Virus record (IMG/VR): IMGVR_UViG_3300020045_001414
Span: 1-27,656 of that record
Source: a virus
Taxonomy: Duplodnaviria; Caudoviricetes
Length of the DNA stretch: 27,656 nt
Strand: one strand, 5' to 3'
A program made the position numbers and the translations under genes. Positions within the stretch are counted from its first letter, which is position 1. Each line of letters begins with the position of its first letter. Below, piece by piece: positions 16,609-24,669 of the stretch. The notes under the pieces are model-generated. The model was not told the origin of the DNA. It did not search any database and saw only the letters and a list, made by a program, of their open reading frames with translations.

Positions 16609-18666
16609 ATGGCATTGACTACAACCGAAGAAGCGCAAACACGCGCACTTATTGAGCAAAACGCTGCGTTGCTTTCACTGGCTGCAAGTGAGCCAACTAT
16701 TATTAGTAAACTAGCTGCAACGAAGGCTTCATTGTCTGATTTGCCATCGGCTACAGTTAAAAATAATACTGATCTGTTTTTAGTTCGCCAAGGTACTGAA
16801 GACAAGAGCATTACAGGCGCATTGGCTGGTGGGGATGCTGCTTATGTGTCTTATACGCCTGCTTTGGTTGGGGCTGTTGAGACTGACGTAGAGAGCGAAT
16901 TAAATAAAGTCAAGAATCTTGGCAATTTTGGTGCAAACCCCAGCTATACCGCCGCCATCAACAGCGCAGCCGTTACCGCTGCACTTAGTTGGATGAGCGC
17001 CAACAATGGCCGAGTGCGGGTTGACGGTATATATACCATCAATGGAGATTTGCCAGTGGGGGCCAATGGGTTTCACTTCTTTGGCAACGATAAATACAAT
17101 GATGGGTTTAACTTTGCGCCGCAATCAGCATCCATCACGGGAGGAGTACACGGCTACTTTTTACCGGACTCTGCAACCAATACAAGTCGTATGGTGTTCG
17201 AGAATTTGTGCCTCAAGAGCACGTATGACTCGCGCACTTGGACAGGTTCGACGGTGTTTGCTGGTTTGCGCTGCTCCCCAAATAGCGGCGTAACCCACAG
17301 CAATGTGCAGATGCGTAATTGCTATTTGTTAGATCCGAGCTTCCACATGTTATTTATGGCTCCGCACCTTAGCGGATTAGTAAAAGGTGTGATTGTCGAG
17401 AATGCGGTGGCAGATGTTACAAGCCTCCAGTATTCAAGTAGATCTGCTGACGTTCTCCAATGCATTATCGAAGGAATTGATTACAACCACACTTCGACGT
17501 ATGGCCTAAGGCAGATTCTGAACGTGCAGGTTCGAGGTGGCTCCGGTAGAGGCTGGCGCACCTATGCAGACCTGAAGCGCGGCACATCGAAGTTTGTAGT
17601 TGATGGTGTAATCACTGAGGATATGAGTGACTGCCACCACTCTGTAGATGGCGCTTTCTTTGGAGCAATTGATAACGTAGTTGGAACGCAAACATCTGCG
17701 CTGTTGCCAACAAAAAACTTCATTGAAATGCAGGGTGAGGATATTACTGTCGGAGCATGGAAGTACAATGGAACTACTGGTCTTGGTGCAATTGCTGCCG
17801 TGCTGGTTACAAGCTACGCATACCCAACAGAGTCGGCAACTGCCTATCACCAATCCAAGCGCATTGACATTTTGAACGGAACTGCCACTGGCATAGATCA
17901 GAACGTTGTACGGTTGCAAGACGCTATTGATTGCACTGTGAATGGTCTGAAGGTTTCCACTTCAACCCTGTCCGGCGTGTCTATTGAGCACCCAACGACA
18001 GCTCCCAATGGAGGAGCCAACACGGCAGTGCCTACACGCAACGTCGTGGACAATATAACGGGCGTGGCATCAGTTGGAACGTATGGCGTCAACATTGCAG
18101 CGACTGCAATACAAACACGTATTGGTAACATTGAGGGTTATCTTGGAAAAGTTACTGGAAATATTGCTTACACTCCAATCTATCCAGATAACGAGAATCC
18201 CAATCGACAAATGATTTTGGACTCTACTGGCTTTCTAACTGGATGGTCGCTTACGGCGTCTTGCACTGTATCTCAAAACTCATCTTGCCCAGCGTGGGCT
18301 GCATTCTCTGTGTTAATAAATGGGGCTAATGCTGCTTTTTTAGATGAAGCAATTTTAGGAAACAAGGTGAGAGTAGCTGCTGGTGATGTAGTCAATGTCA
18401 GAGCCAGTACTTTATTTGGGACGGCTACTGCAACTGGAATACTATTCCAAGAATTGGATTCTACTGGAGGATTTTTGTCGAATGACTTTCAAAATGTACC
18501 AGCAAATTCATCGACGTGGACAGAAAACATTATTTACCACATGGTTACAGGATCAACATGCGCAAACGTGCGGGTGATAATTTTGCCTAATACTAACTTT
18601 AATAGCGCAGTATCCACAGGTACTTCGTACTGGGCTGATGTGATTGTGACAAAGAAAACAGCTTGA
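16609..18666 (+). CDS. Tailspike 2, beta-helix with C-terminal carbohydrate-binding-like domain
   Basis: Neck AAYVSYTP...GAVET.V..EL, FGA......NSAA..AA start of beta-helix, C-terminal jelly-roll pattern (N.......TGW ... YW.DV.V). Confidence 0.78.
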   Translation: MALTTTEEAQTRALIEQNAALLSLAASEPTIISKLAATKASLSDLPSATVKNNTDLFLVRQGTEDKSITGALAGGDAAYVSYTPALVGAVETDVESELNKVKNLGNFGANPSYTAAINSAAVTAALSWMSANNGRVRVDGIYTINGDLPVGANGFHFFGNDKYNDGFNFAPQSASITGGVHGYFLPDSATNTSRMVFENLCLKSTYDSRTWTGSTVFAGLRCSPNSGVTHSNVQMRNCYLLDPSFHMLFMAPHLSGLVKGVIVENAVADVTSLQYSSRSADVLQCIIEGIDYNHTSTYGLRQILNVQVRGGSGRGWRTYADLKRGTSKFVVDGVITEDMSDCHHSVDGAFFGAIDNVVGTQTSALLPTKNFIEMQGEDITVGAWKYNGTTGLGAIAAVLVTSYAYPTESATAYHQSKRIDILNGTATGIDQNVVRLQDAIDCTVNGLKVSTSTLSGVSIEHPTTAPNGGANTAVPTRNVVDNITGVASVGTYGVNIAATAIQTRIGNIEGYLGKVTGNIAYTPIYPDNENPNRQMILDSTGFLTGWSLTASCTVSQNSSCPAWAAFSVLINGANAAFLDEAILGNKVRVAAGDVVNVRASTLFGTATATGILFQELDSTGGFLSNDFQNVPANSSTWTENIIYHMVTGSTCANVRVIILPNTNFNSAVSTGTSYWADVIVTKKTA

Positions 18667-18757
18667 TTTTGTAATAGTTATTTATATATTTTTAAAATAA
18701 ATTTTTTATTATAATATTAAATGCCAAGCAATAAACTAATAAACAACCTATCATAAA

Positions 18758-19069
18758 ATGAGCGAAGCACGAATTATTGCTTTAGAGCATCACGCAAAAT
18801 CAACTGACTCTACTATGGGTCGTGTTGAAACTAAACTTGATACCATCGTAGAGACTTTGAATAGCTTGGTGCGTATTGAGGAGCGTCAGAGTGTGATTAA
18901 TATCAGGCTAAATGAAGGCACGCAAACCATGCAAGGCCATGAGGCTCGGATTCAATCTATCGAGGTGAAAATGCCTGGACTGATTGAAAAAGCCGGATGG
19001 CTTGTCATTGGGATGCTTGGCGTTATTGGTGTTGTCGGAGCTGCTTTATTACATGGAGTTATCAAATGA
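18758..19069 (+). CDS. Coiled-coil protein with C-terminal TM helix (holin/antiholin-like)
   Basis: Heptad region then single hydrophobic helix; first gene of lysis cassette. Confidence 0.5.
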   Translation: MSEARIIALEHHAKSTDSTMGRVETKLDTIVETLNSLVRIEERQSVINIRLNEGTQTMQGHEARIQSIEVKMPGLIEKAGWLVIGMLGVIGVVGAALLHGVIK

Positions 19070-19120
19070 TGTGCTGGATTGTGATGTTGCACTGGATGCA
19101 AAACGAATGGGAAAACATTT

Positions 19121-19528
19121 ATGATAAACAGTCGAAGTCTTGACGATCTAACTCCAGATACCAAAGAAAAAGCAAAGGCGTTAATCGCTGGTTGCTTGCT
19201 TGAAGGTATCGACTTGATTGTGACTAGCACGTATCGTGACTACGCCTCGCAGGGCGCTTTGTACGATCAAGGCCGCAAAACCATTGGCAAGATTGTGACC
19301 AACGCAAAGCCTGGCTACAGCTTTCACAATCACCGTGTGGCATTTGATGTGGTGCCTGTAGTGGCTGGCAAGGCTATCTGGGATGACGCTCGATTGTGGC
19401 AGAGTATCGGTGCCGTAGGTGCCTTGGCTGGCCTTGAATGGGGTGGTAACTGGAAGTTCAAAGACAAACCGCATTTTCAAAATACAGGTGGTCATTCTAT
19501 TGATGACTTTTTGCGGGAGCATGCGTGA
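19121..19528 (+). CDS. Endolysin, M15 family L-Ala-D-Glu peptidase
   Basis: T.R....Q..LY.QGR, VTNA.PG.SFHN...AFD, LEWGG.W..KD.PHF. Confidence 0.92.
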   Translation: MINSRSLDDLTPDTKEKAKALIAGCLLEGIDLIVTSTYRDYASQGALYDQGRKTIGKIVTNAKPGYSFHNHRVAFDVVPVVAGKAIWDDARLWQSIGAVGALAGLEWGGNWKFKDKPHFQNTGGHSIDDFLREHA

Positions 19529-19917
19529 TGGCTGATATTACTGGACTTGGTGCGGTTTCTGAGCTTGCAAATACCGTCATTGGTAAGATTTGGCCAGATA
19601 AGTCAGAAGCTGAAAAGCAACAATTGTCAGCGGCTGTTACATTGGTTCAAGGACAACTAGAGGTTAACAAGATTGAGGCGTCAAACCCGTCTGTTTTCGT
19701 ATCTGGCTGGCGTCCTTTTATCGGCTGGGTATGTGGTATGGCGTGTGCTTGGAATTGGATTGGAATATCTGTTGTGTCAACCATTTGCACCATTTTGAAA
19801 AATCCTGTTTTACTTCAAAAAGCCGATGTATCTGAAATGATGCCAGTGCTTTTAGGATTGCTTGGTCTAGGTGCTTTGCGAACTTATGAAAAAGCTAAGG
19901 GCGTAGCAGCACAATAA
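19528..19917 (+). CDS. Holin (3TM gene-transfer-release type)
   Basis: KIWPD, N..EA...S.FVSGWRPFIGWVC, LLGLG.LRTYEK.KG. Confidence 0.85.
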   Translation: MADITGLGAVSELANTVIGKIWPDKSEAEKQQLSAAVTLVQGQLEVNKIEASNPSVFVSGWRPFIGWVCGMACAWNWIGISVVSTICTILKNPVLLQKADVSEMMPVLLGLLGLGALRTYEKAKGVAAQ

Positions 19918-19947
19918 AACAAACCCGCATTACGCGGGTTTTTTGTT
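19915..19947. terminator. Bidirectional terminator between late and early arms
   Basis: AAACCCGC-attac-GCGGGTTT with A-rich and T-rich flanks between convergent genes. Confidence 0.85.
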
Positions 19948-20275
19948 ACGGCATTTGCTTGCCAATTTCAGCGGCGGCGCGGACGATGGCACGACGAGTG
20001 GAGGCGTTGGAGTCTGTATAAGAATTTTCAAATACTTGAATCCCTCCATCAACCCCAGCGTAAGTTCTATGCGGGCACACATTGATGTCAAGGTTTAACC
20101 TCACAGCCAGCCTTAGTGAATCACCGTCGTCAGTTAGTGGGTTCCATGTCCACCGTAATGGCGCGTGCGTGTCATGCAGATTTGGACTTGCGCCAGAATA
20201 TGTCTCGACCCAGTTCGCAATTGTATGGCCAGCAGCCTTCGCCGCAAGTTCAAGTAATTCACGATCAGTCATCAT
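19946..20275 (-). CDS. Conserved phage hypothetical protein (WNPLTDDGD family)
   Basis: MTDRELLELAAKAAG...WNPLTDDGD.LRLAV.L...RRAIVRAAA; ATGA overlap at 20275. Confidence 0.75.
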   Translation of the reverse strand: MMTDRELLELAAKAAGHTIANWVETYSGASPNLHDTHAPLRWTWNPLTDDGDSLRLAVRLNLDINVCPHRTYAGVDGGIQVFENSYTDSNASTRRAIVRAAAEIGKQMP

Positions 20276-20742
20276 AATTCCTTCACAAAACAACCATTTG
20301 GCATCAAAGTACCTTTACGGTCTTTGATTTCTTGATATGCTGAATTCAAGCAAGAAACCAAGTCTAGTTCCTCTTTTTCAGCCACGATAATCAACGTCAC
20401 AAGTACGTCACCAAGGCCATCAATCACGCCTGCTCGGTCGCCTTTGATAAGTGCGTCAGCAAGTTCACCAAGTTCTGAAACAGTCTTGAGTAGCTGGGTT
20501 TGGCTTGTGGCATTTGGGATAATCTTGCGAGCTTTGGCCCAGTCGATTACTTTGGTTTCTAGTGTTTCAAATTTCATGTTCGTTTCCTTAAATAAGTCTG
20601 GTTGATCGTTCGCAATGGCTTGCGAGTTATGAGACTTGTTTTTTAGTTCATCGTAGCAGGTTGGCCCAATGGCCTTACCATCTAAGTAAAAGTGCTTGCC
20701 GCCTGATTTAAGAGGCTTTCCACACTTAAAGCACTTAAGCAT
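20272..20742 (-). CDS. MazG-like NTP pyrophosphohydrolase, in-frame with N-terminal Zn-ribbon (internal start at 20577)
   Basis: Q.LK..SE.GEL..A....D....DG.GD..V, AY.EIKDRKG....G.FVKE; N-terminal CxxC...GP.C; second RBS AAGGA before ATG 20577. Confidence 0.82.
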   Translation of the reverse strand: MLKCFKCGKPLKSGGKHFYLDGKAIGPTCYDELKNKSHNSQAIANDQPDLFKETNMKFETLETKVIDWAKARKIIPNATSQTQLLKTVSELGELADALIKGDRAGVIDGLGDVLVTLIIVAEKEELDLVSCLNSAYQEIKDRKGTLMPNGCFVKEL

Positions 20743-21208
20743 TTAAAAGTCCAAATTCCGACTTTTTGTTTTTCTGCCTGCTAATTGCAATGTCCAAATA
20801 CTTACCGTATTTACTTCGCGGGATGCTTTTGCGCTGTGCGTCGTGCCAGTCCCAAAGCTCGCGCAAAATGGTAATCTCGCTTTCCCGTGCGTCAAACTTT
20901 CCCCACTTTTCAAACCGTCTAATCAGGTTTGCAATTGATGTCCGAGCTTGATTGCATACGGGCATGACTTCAAACTTGCCGATACCATTTTCAGCCATAA
21001 CTACAGCCATTTGATGAAGTGCCAGTATGTCATACAAGTCTTGCTCTGTAGCTTTGTGATCTTGCATTGACTGGATGGCTGACAGCTCACGGATTCGAAC
21101 ATCTTGCAGCAATTTATCGTCAATAGAACAAGCACCGTTTATGGCGTGGGCGACTGCGCTGAATCCTGGCGGTGTATTCCAGTGTTTGCGCTTGCAGGAT
21201 TTTCTCAT
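20735..21208 (-). CDS. Hypothetical protein
   Basis: 157-aa ORF overlapping both neighbours in operon. Confidence 0.65.
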   Translation of the reverse strand: MRKSCKRKHWNTPPGFSAVAHAINGACSIDDKLLQDVRIRELSAIQSMQDHKATEQDLYDILALHQMAVVMAENGIGKFEVMPVCNQARTSIANLIRRFEKWGKFDARESEITILRELWDWHDAQRKSIPRSKYGKYLDIAISRQKNKKSEFGLLNA

Positions 21209-21474
21209 TGCTTTTCCAAAAGATAATTAACCGCCATACGAAAATCCGATTTTGTTATTGGGACTGGTACTGATTTAATATCGCAAAGTACCAATCGATC
21301 AAATTCAGCGTATGTATCACCACGCTCAAACATTCCGTGGCAATTAACTCGCCACATATGCCCGCGTCCTACTAGATAAAACCATTGGTACTGAGCTTGA
21401 CCGCGCTTATAAATCGGTTTTAAGCGCATTGTTGAACACCAATCTCGCCATTGTTTTGGTAGTTTTGTCTTCAT
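21205..21474 (-). CDS. Hypothetical protein
   Basis: 89 aa, operon packing. Confidence 0.6.
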   Translation of the reverse strand: MKTKLPKQWRDWCSTMRLKPIYKRGQAQYQWFYLVGRGHMWRVNCHGMFERGDTYAEFDRLVLCDIKSVPVPITKSDFRMAVNYLLEKQ

Positions 21475-21475
21475 A

Positions 21476-21685
21476 TCAAGCCTTAAAGTAATCGTAAGGT
21501 GTACGCGCCTTGCTAGTCATACTAACCATAGGCCGGTGAGCAATTCGCACGCCATTTACGATACTTGGCTTGTCGTATGCATCCATTGAGTTAGGACGAC
21601 CGTCCCAGCGTTTCAACTCTTTCCCATCATATATTCCATCCATCTTATTTAGAGTTTGTGGTGGTGTTTTCTTTTTGGTTGACAT
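21476..21685 (-). CDS. Hypothetical protein (YDGKEL..RP.SMDA..PS)
   Basis: RBS AAGGA; operon packing. Confidence 0.65.
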   Translation of the reverse strand: MSTKKKTPPQTLNKMDGIYDGKELKRWDGRPNSMDAYDKPSIVNGVRIAHRPMVSMTSKARTPYDYFKA

Positions 21686-21815
21686 TTTTTTCCTTTGTGT
21701 TGTTGATAAAGTCTTTTGCTATTCCAGGCCATCCTAAGCGGTAAGCCTTGTCATATTGCTCTTGCGTCACTCGTACTCGCAATGTTGGGTATTTTTGGCT
21801 TGCGTCTTTGCTCAC
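21645..21815 (-). CDS. Putative ribbon-helix-helix DNA-binding protein, 56 aa (not in ORF track)
   Basis: MSKDASQKYPTLRVRVTQEQYDKAYRLGWPGIAKDFINN...; GGAG RBS, GTGA overlap with upstream stop. Confidence 0.5.
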   Translation of the reverse strand: MSKDASQKYPTLRVRVTQEQYDKAYRLGWPGIAKDFINNTKEKNVNQKENTTTNSK

Positions 21816-21988
21816 AAAAAGTACTCCAAAGCTGCATAAGTTAAGACAATTCCGATTGAAACTGCCAGCATTACGTCTGCAAGTTTTTCGTATTGCATAC
21901 GCTTATACGATGTAATTGACGATGCGTAATTCACCGTTTTAGGAAATGCTTCATCAAGCGTACGTGAGAATTTACGGGTTGTTTCCAT
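21812..21988 (-). CDS. Small membrane protein, 58 aa (not in ORF track)
   Basis: METTRKFSRTLDEAFP...VMLAVSIGIVLTYAALEYFL; AAGG RBS; first gene behind promoter at 22019. Confidence 0.6.
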   Translation of the reverse strand: METTRKFSRTLDEAFPKTVNYASSITSYKRMQYEKLADVMLAVSIGIVLTYAALEYFL

Positions 21989-22018
21989 TTTTAGACCTTA
22001 GTTTGTTGTTGATGGTTT

Positions 22019-22029
22019 AGTGTAGCACA
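22019..22029 (-). promoter_or_regulatory. Extended -10 early promoter motif TGTGCTACACT
   Basis: 11-nt identity with the 3814 motif, followed by ATCAAC and RBS. Confidence 0.6.
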
Positions 22030-22326
22030 TCACGGCAAGTGACAATAAGTTTCTCGGTTCAAAACTTTGTCAATCGAGTTTTTGTGCACGCTGTATTTTT
22101 TTGCCAGCGCGGCATTGCTCAAATTTTCTTTGATGAATTTAAGCATGTTGTCTTTTTGGCGCTTTGCACTGCGAATGTCGATCACATCAATGTCAAGCAG
22201 CTTTGACTGTGGCAAGTCTTGACCGCGTGGTGCAAACTCAGTCCTGCGTGATTGATATTCTGTCCATGTCATCGAGCTGCGGCTTTTTTGGCCGCACATG
22301 GTTTTTGAATAGTTAGTTTGAGCCAT
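22030..22326 (-). CDS. Putative HTH DNA-binding protein
   Basis: RG...PQSKL....V..IR and LAKKY.V....I..V....TY.H, like HTH tails of phage HNH proteins. Confidence 0.55.
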   Translation of the reverse strand: MAQTNYSKTMCGQKSRSSMTWTEYQSRRTEFAPRGQDLPQSKLLDIDVIDIRSAKRQKDNMLKFIKENLSNAALAKKYSVHKNSIDKVLNRETYCHLP

Positions 22327-22526
22327 CAGAACGGAACAAGGTAGTGAAATTGCTCACACTCATTTGGTGAGTACAGGTAATCATCTGGAACTGAACCATT
22401 GAAAACGCATACATTGCCATTGATCTTGTCTAGATTGTCGCAGTCAAAACAACGGTTTTTGTTTAAAAACTCTTCTGCCTCAAGTCGAACGCGCAAAGCT
22501 TCTAAGTATTGTTCTTTGTCAGTCAT
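22326..22526 (-). CDS. Cys-rich hypothetical protein
   Basis: CxxC...C...C, C-terminal VPF. Confidence 0.6.
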   Translation of the reverse strand: MTDKEQYLEALRVRLEAEEFLNKNRCFDCDNLDKINGNVCVFNGSVPDDYLYSPNECEQFHYLVPF

Positions 22527-22735
22527 TGCATAATTCCTTCGCCTTTTGCAGCAAGTCCACGAACTTGCATTTCATTGCACAGCACAAATAGCGCAGAAAA
22601 GCATTCTTCATGGCGCTCTGATTGTGGCGCTAGAGTTGCGGCTTGAATCAAGTCTTTATAGCATTGATCAGCAGATGATAGAAGCTCTTTATCTGTCATT
22701 CCTTTGATGTATTTCATCATTTCTTCTTGTGTCAT
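22523..22735 (-). CDS. Hypothetical protein
   Basis: RBS GAGG, operon packing. Confidence 0.55.
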   Translation of the reverse strand: MTQEEMMKYIKGMTDKELLSSADQCYKDLIQAATLAPQSERHEECFSALFVLCNEMQVRGLAAKGEGIMQ

Positions 22736-22963
22736 TTAATATTCCTCTTGCTGGTTAAGTGCTTCTAATTCAATTAACGAAACAACATCGCTAGAAAGCA
22801 ATTCTGCAATGTCAATGCCGTTTAGCTTTGCCTTCTCCAGTGTGCATGATTCAGGATAGTCAGGCTCCATTTGCATTCCATTCTCACTACTTCCGCGCTC
22901 GGCTGGTTCGTATTCAAGCTCGCATTCAAGCTCGCCACCATCAAAAATGTAGGTATAGTTCAA
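22736..22963 (-). CDS. Acidic hypothetical protein
   Basis: LEYEPAERGS......EPDYP; GGAG RBS with TTG start. Confidence 0.6.
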   Translation of the reverse strand: MNYTYIFDGGELECELEYEPAERGSSENGMQMEPDYPESCTLEKAKLNGIDIAELLSSDVVSLIELEALNQQEEY

Positions 22964-22965
22964 AG

Positions 22966-23169
22966 CTAAATCTCCAGTTGGAAGGCCGCGTTGTTCAAGG
23001 CTGTAGCCATGTCGCGGGCTTGTTGCGGCGTCATGGAGTGTTGAAGGTGCATTGATCCAACTCTCTGACTTACAAGTACAAGCTTTCCGATATGTTTTTC
23101 TTCATGGATAAATGCTTCGATAGTCAAACAATCTGCATTTGTAAAGTTTGGGATTTGTACGTTTTCCAT
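22966..23169 (-). CDS. Hypothetical protein
   Basis: Start set at MENVQ (23169); MTPQQARDMA.AL motif. Confidence 0.55.
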   Translation of the reverse strand: MENVQIPNFTNADCLTIEAFIHEEKHIGKLVLVSQRVGSMHLQHSMTPQQARDMATALNNAAFQLEI

Positions 23170-23203
23170 TTTTAGTCTTTCGTGTTGTTGATAAGTTTGA
23201 TCA

Positions 23204-23389
23204 TTAAGCTTTCCAGTTTTTTGCAGCTTCAAGAGTATCGAATGCAAGTGCAAAGACACAATCTTGATATGAGTTTTTCATTTTCTCTTCTGCTTTTTTC
23301 TTGCTGGTTGATTCTGTTTTGATAATTTCAACATCAAGTTGAGAACCTTTGCACAATTCAAAACCAGCTAATACAAAAAATTGTTTCAT
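23204..23389 (-). CDS. Hypothetical protein
   Basis: Start MKQFF with AAGGA RBS downstream of promoter motif. Confidence 0.55.
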   Translation of the reverse strand: MKQFFVLAGFELCKGSQLDVEIIKTESTSKKKAEEKMKNSYQDCVFALAFDTLEAAKNWKA

Positions 23390-23419
23390 TTCAATTCCTT
23401 TCGTTTTGTTGATGCTGTT

Positions 23420-23431
23420 AGTGTAGCTCAG
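23420..23431 (-). promoter_or_regulatory. Extended -10-like early promoter motif CTGAGCTACACT
   Basis: One mismatch to the 3814 motif, followed by ATCAAC and RBS. Confidence 0.5.
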
Positions 23432-23456
23432 TTTCAAGGCTTTGCGCTACATTTAC

Positions 23457-23924
23457 TTAAAAATTTTCATGCCTTAACCAGTCAGCCATAAGCAAAGCCT
23501 CTGCCCGTCCGTGGTGCTTAACCAGCTTTAACGGGGCTGTAGGCCACTTGGAGCGGGCTAGTTCTAGGCTTGCCTTCTTATCCGTACCTATTAGCCCGTG
23601 GTGTTTTTTCCACTTTTGCGGTGTGACAAATTCGTAAGGATAGAGCAATAGATCGACCACGGTTTCAATGCAGCCTGTCGCCCTCATGAATTTTCCAGTG
23701 CTGGACATTCCCTGTCCTGGACGCACGAAAACGCTTTCAATGACAAATTCGGCATCGTTTCCGTGGTTGCGGATAATCTCTTGAAGTGCTATTTTTAGCA
23801 TCCGTGGCAATACGCGCTCGCCGTTGCTTTCAATGTCAAAACAGTGGATGTATTCGCCATTGTGGTCAATCGCGCCGATGGCTCCGGTATTGAGCCCTGG
23901 ATCGACCCCGATATAAATAGTCAT
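23457..23924 (-). CDS. RuvC-like Holliday junction resolvase
   Basis: IGVDPG...GA, VIE.V...PGQG..S...F, VTPQKWKK, K..GRAEALL. Confidence 0.85.
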   Translation of the reverse strand: MTIYIGVDPGLNTGAIGAIDHNGEYIHCFDIESNGERVLPRMLKIALQEIIRNHGNDAEFVIESVFVRPGQGMSSTGKFMRATGCIETVVDLLLYPYEFVTPQKWKKHHGLIGTDKKASLELARSKWPTAPLKLVKHHGRAEALLMADWLRHENF

Positions 23925-24091
23925 TCTTCACCCCGCATAACGGCTTCAATGCGGGATAATTTGATTTTTGCGTCAACCAGTTCGTAAAGCACATCACGAT
24001 ACGCCTTATTTGATTTTTCATAGCGTTGCTGCTCAGCTTCCAACTGCGCTTTCAGCGTGTCAAACTGTAGCTTTTCTTTTTTGGTCATCAT
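23921..24091 (-). CDS. Small coiled-coil hypothetical protein
   Basis: ATGA overlaps at both ends. Confidence 0.55.
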   Translation of the reverse strand: MMTKKEKLQFDTLKAQLEAEQQRYEKSNKAYRDVLYELVDAKIKLSRIEAVMRGEE

Positions 24092-24648
24092 GTTAAATTT
24101 CCCCATTGGTTAGCCATAGCGTCAGCAATTCCTTGATATGTACGGCTTCTGTTTTTCCACCGATCAGGTCCAGGTGGCATTTTATGAACCGTGTCAGCAC
24201 GGCCTGAAACAATGTTAGACGGCTTCAGGAATGGCAGATTTTTAAGCCATAGGCCGGTTTTCTTTGTTTCTCCGTGACCATGCTCCCACGGTTGGATATA
24301 TTGGTCAGCTTTTCTGATTCGGCTTGAAATGATGCTTACAGGGTTTTCAAGTGCAATTCGCTCAATTTGCGCATTCAACAAAGCACGCACAAAATCAAGA
24401 GCTTCATCTTGTACGCCACTGGCTTTCTTTGCTTCAAAATGACGCGCACCGCTGACAGCCAAGTGAGTGCATGGCGGATTGCAGATCATCAAGTCCCATC
24501 CATCGTTTATTACGTCGAAAACAGAGCCTTGATAATGATTTCCTTCTTTTTCAGTTGGCAGTAAATCGCACGACATTGCATAATGTCCTAATTTTGCAAA
24601 CGCATCGCGCACACGGCCTGAATATTCGCAAGCTACTAAAACTCTCAT
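24088..24648 (-). CDS. Short phage DNA cytosine-C5 methyltransferase-like protein
   Basis: VLVACEYSG.VRDAF, SCDLLP, PPCT (motif IV), ENP (motif VI), RS.TY.GIA.AMA.QWG. Confidence 0.8.
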   Translation of the reverse strand: MRVLVACEYSGRVRDAFAKLGHYAMSCDLLPTEKEGNHYQGSVFDVINDGWDLMICNPPCTHLAVSGARHFEAKKASGVQDEALDFVRALLNAQIERIALENPVSIISSRIRKADQYIQPWEHGHGETKKTGLWLKNLPFLKPSNIVSGRADTVHKMPPGPDRWKNRSRTYQGIADAMANQWGNLT

Positions 24649-24669
24649 TATTAATCCTTTAAATTGACT

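Noticed and set aside
11921-18666. Diversity-generating retroelement or invertible tail-fibre switch
   Set aside because: No reverse transcriptase or invertase, and no TR/VR pair or flanking inverted repeats noticed in the window
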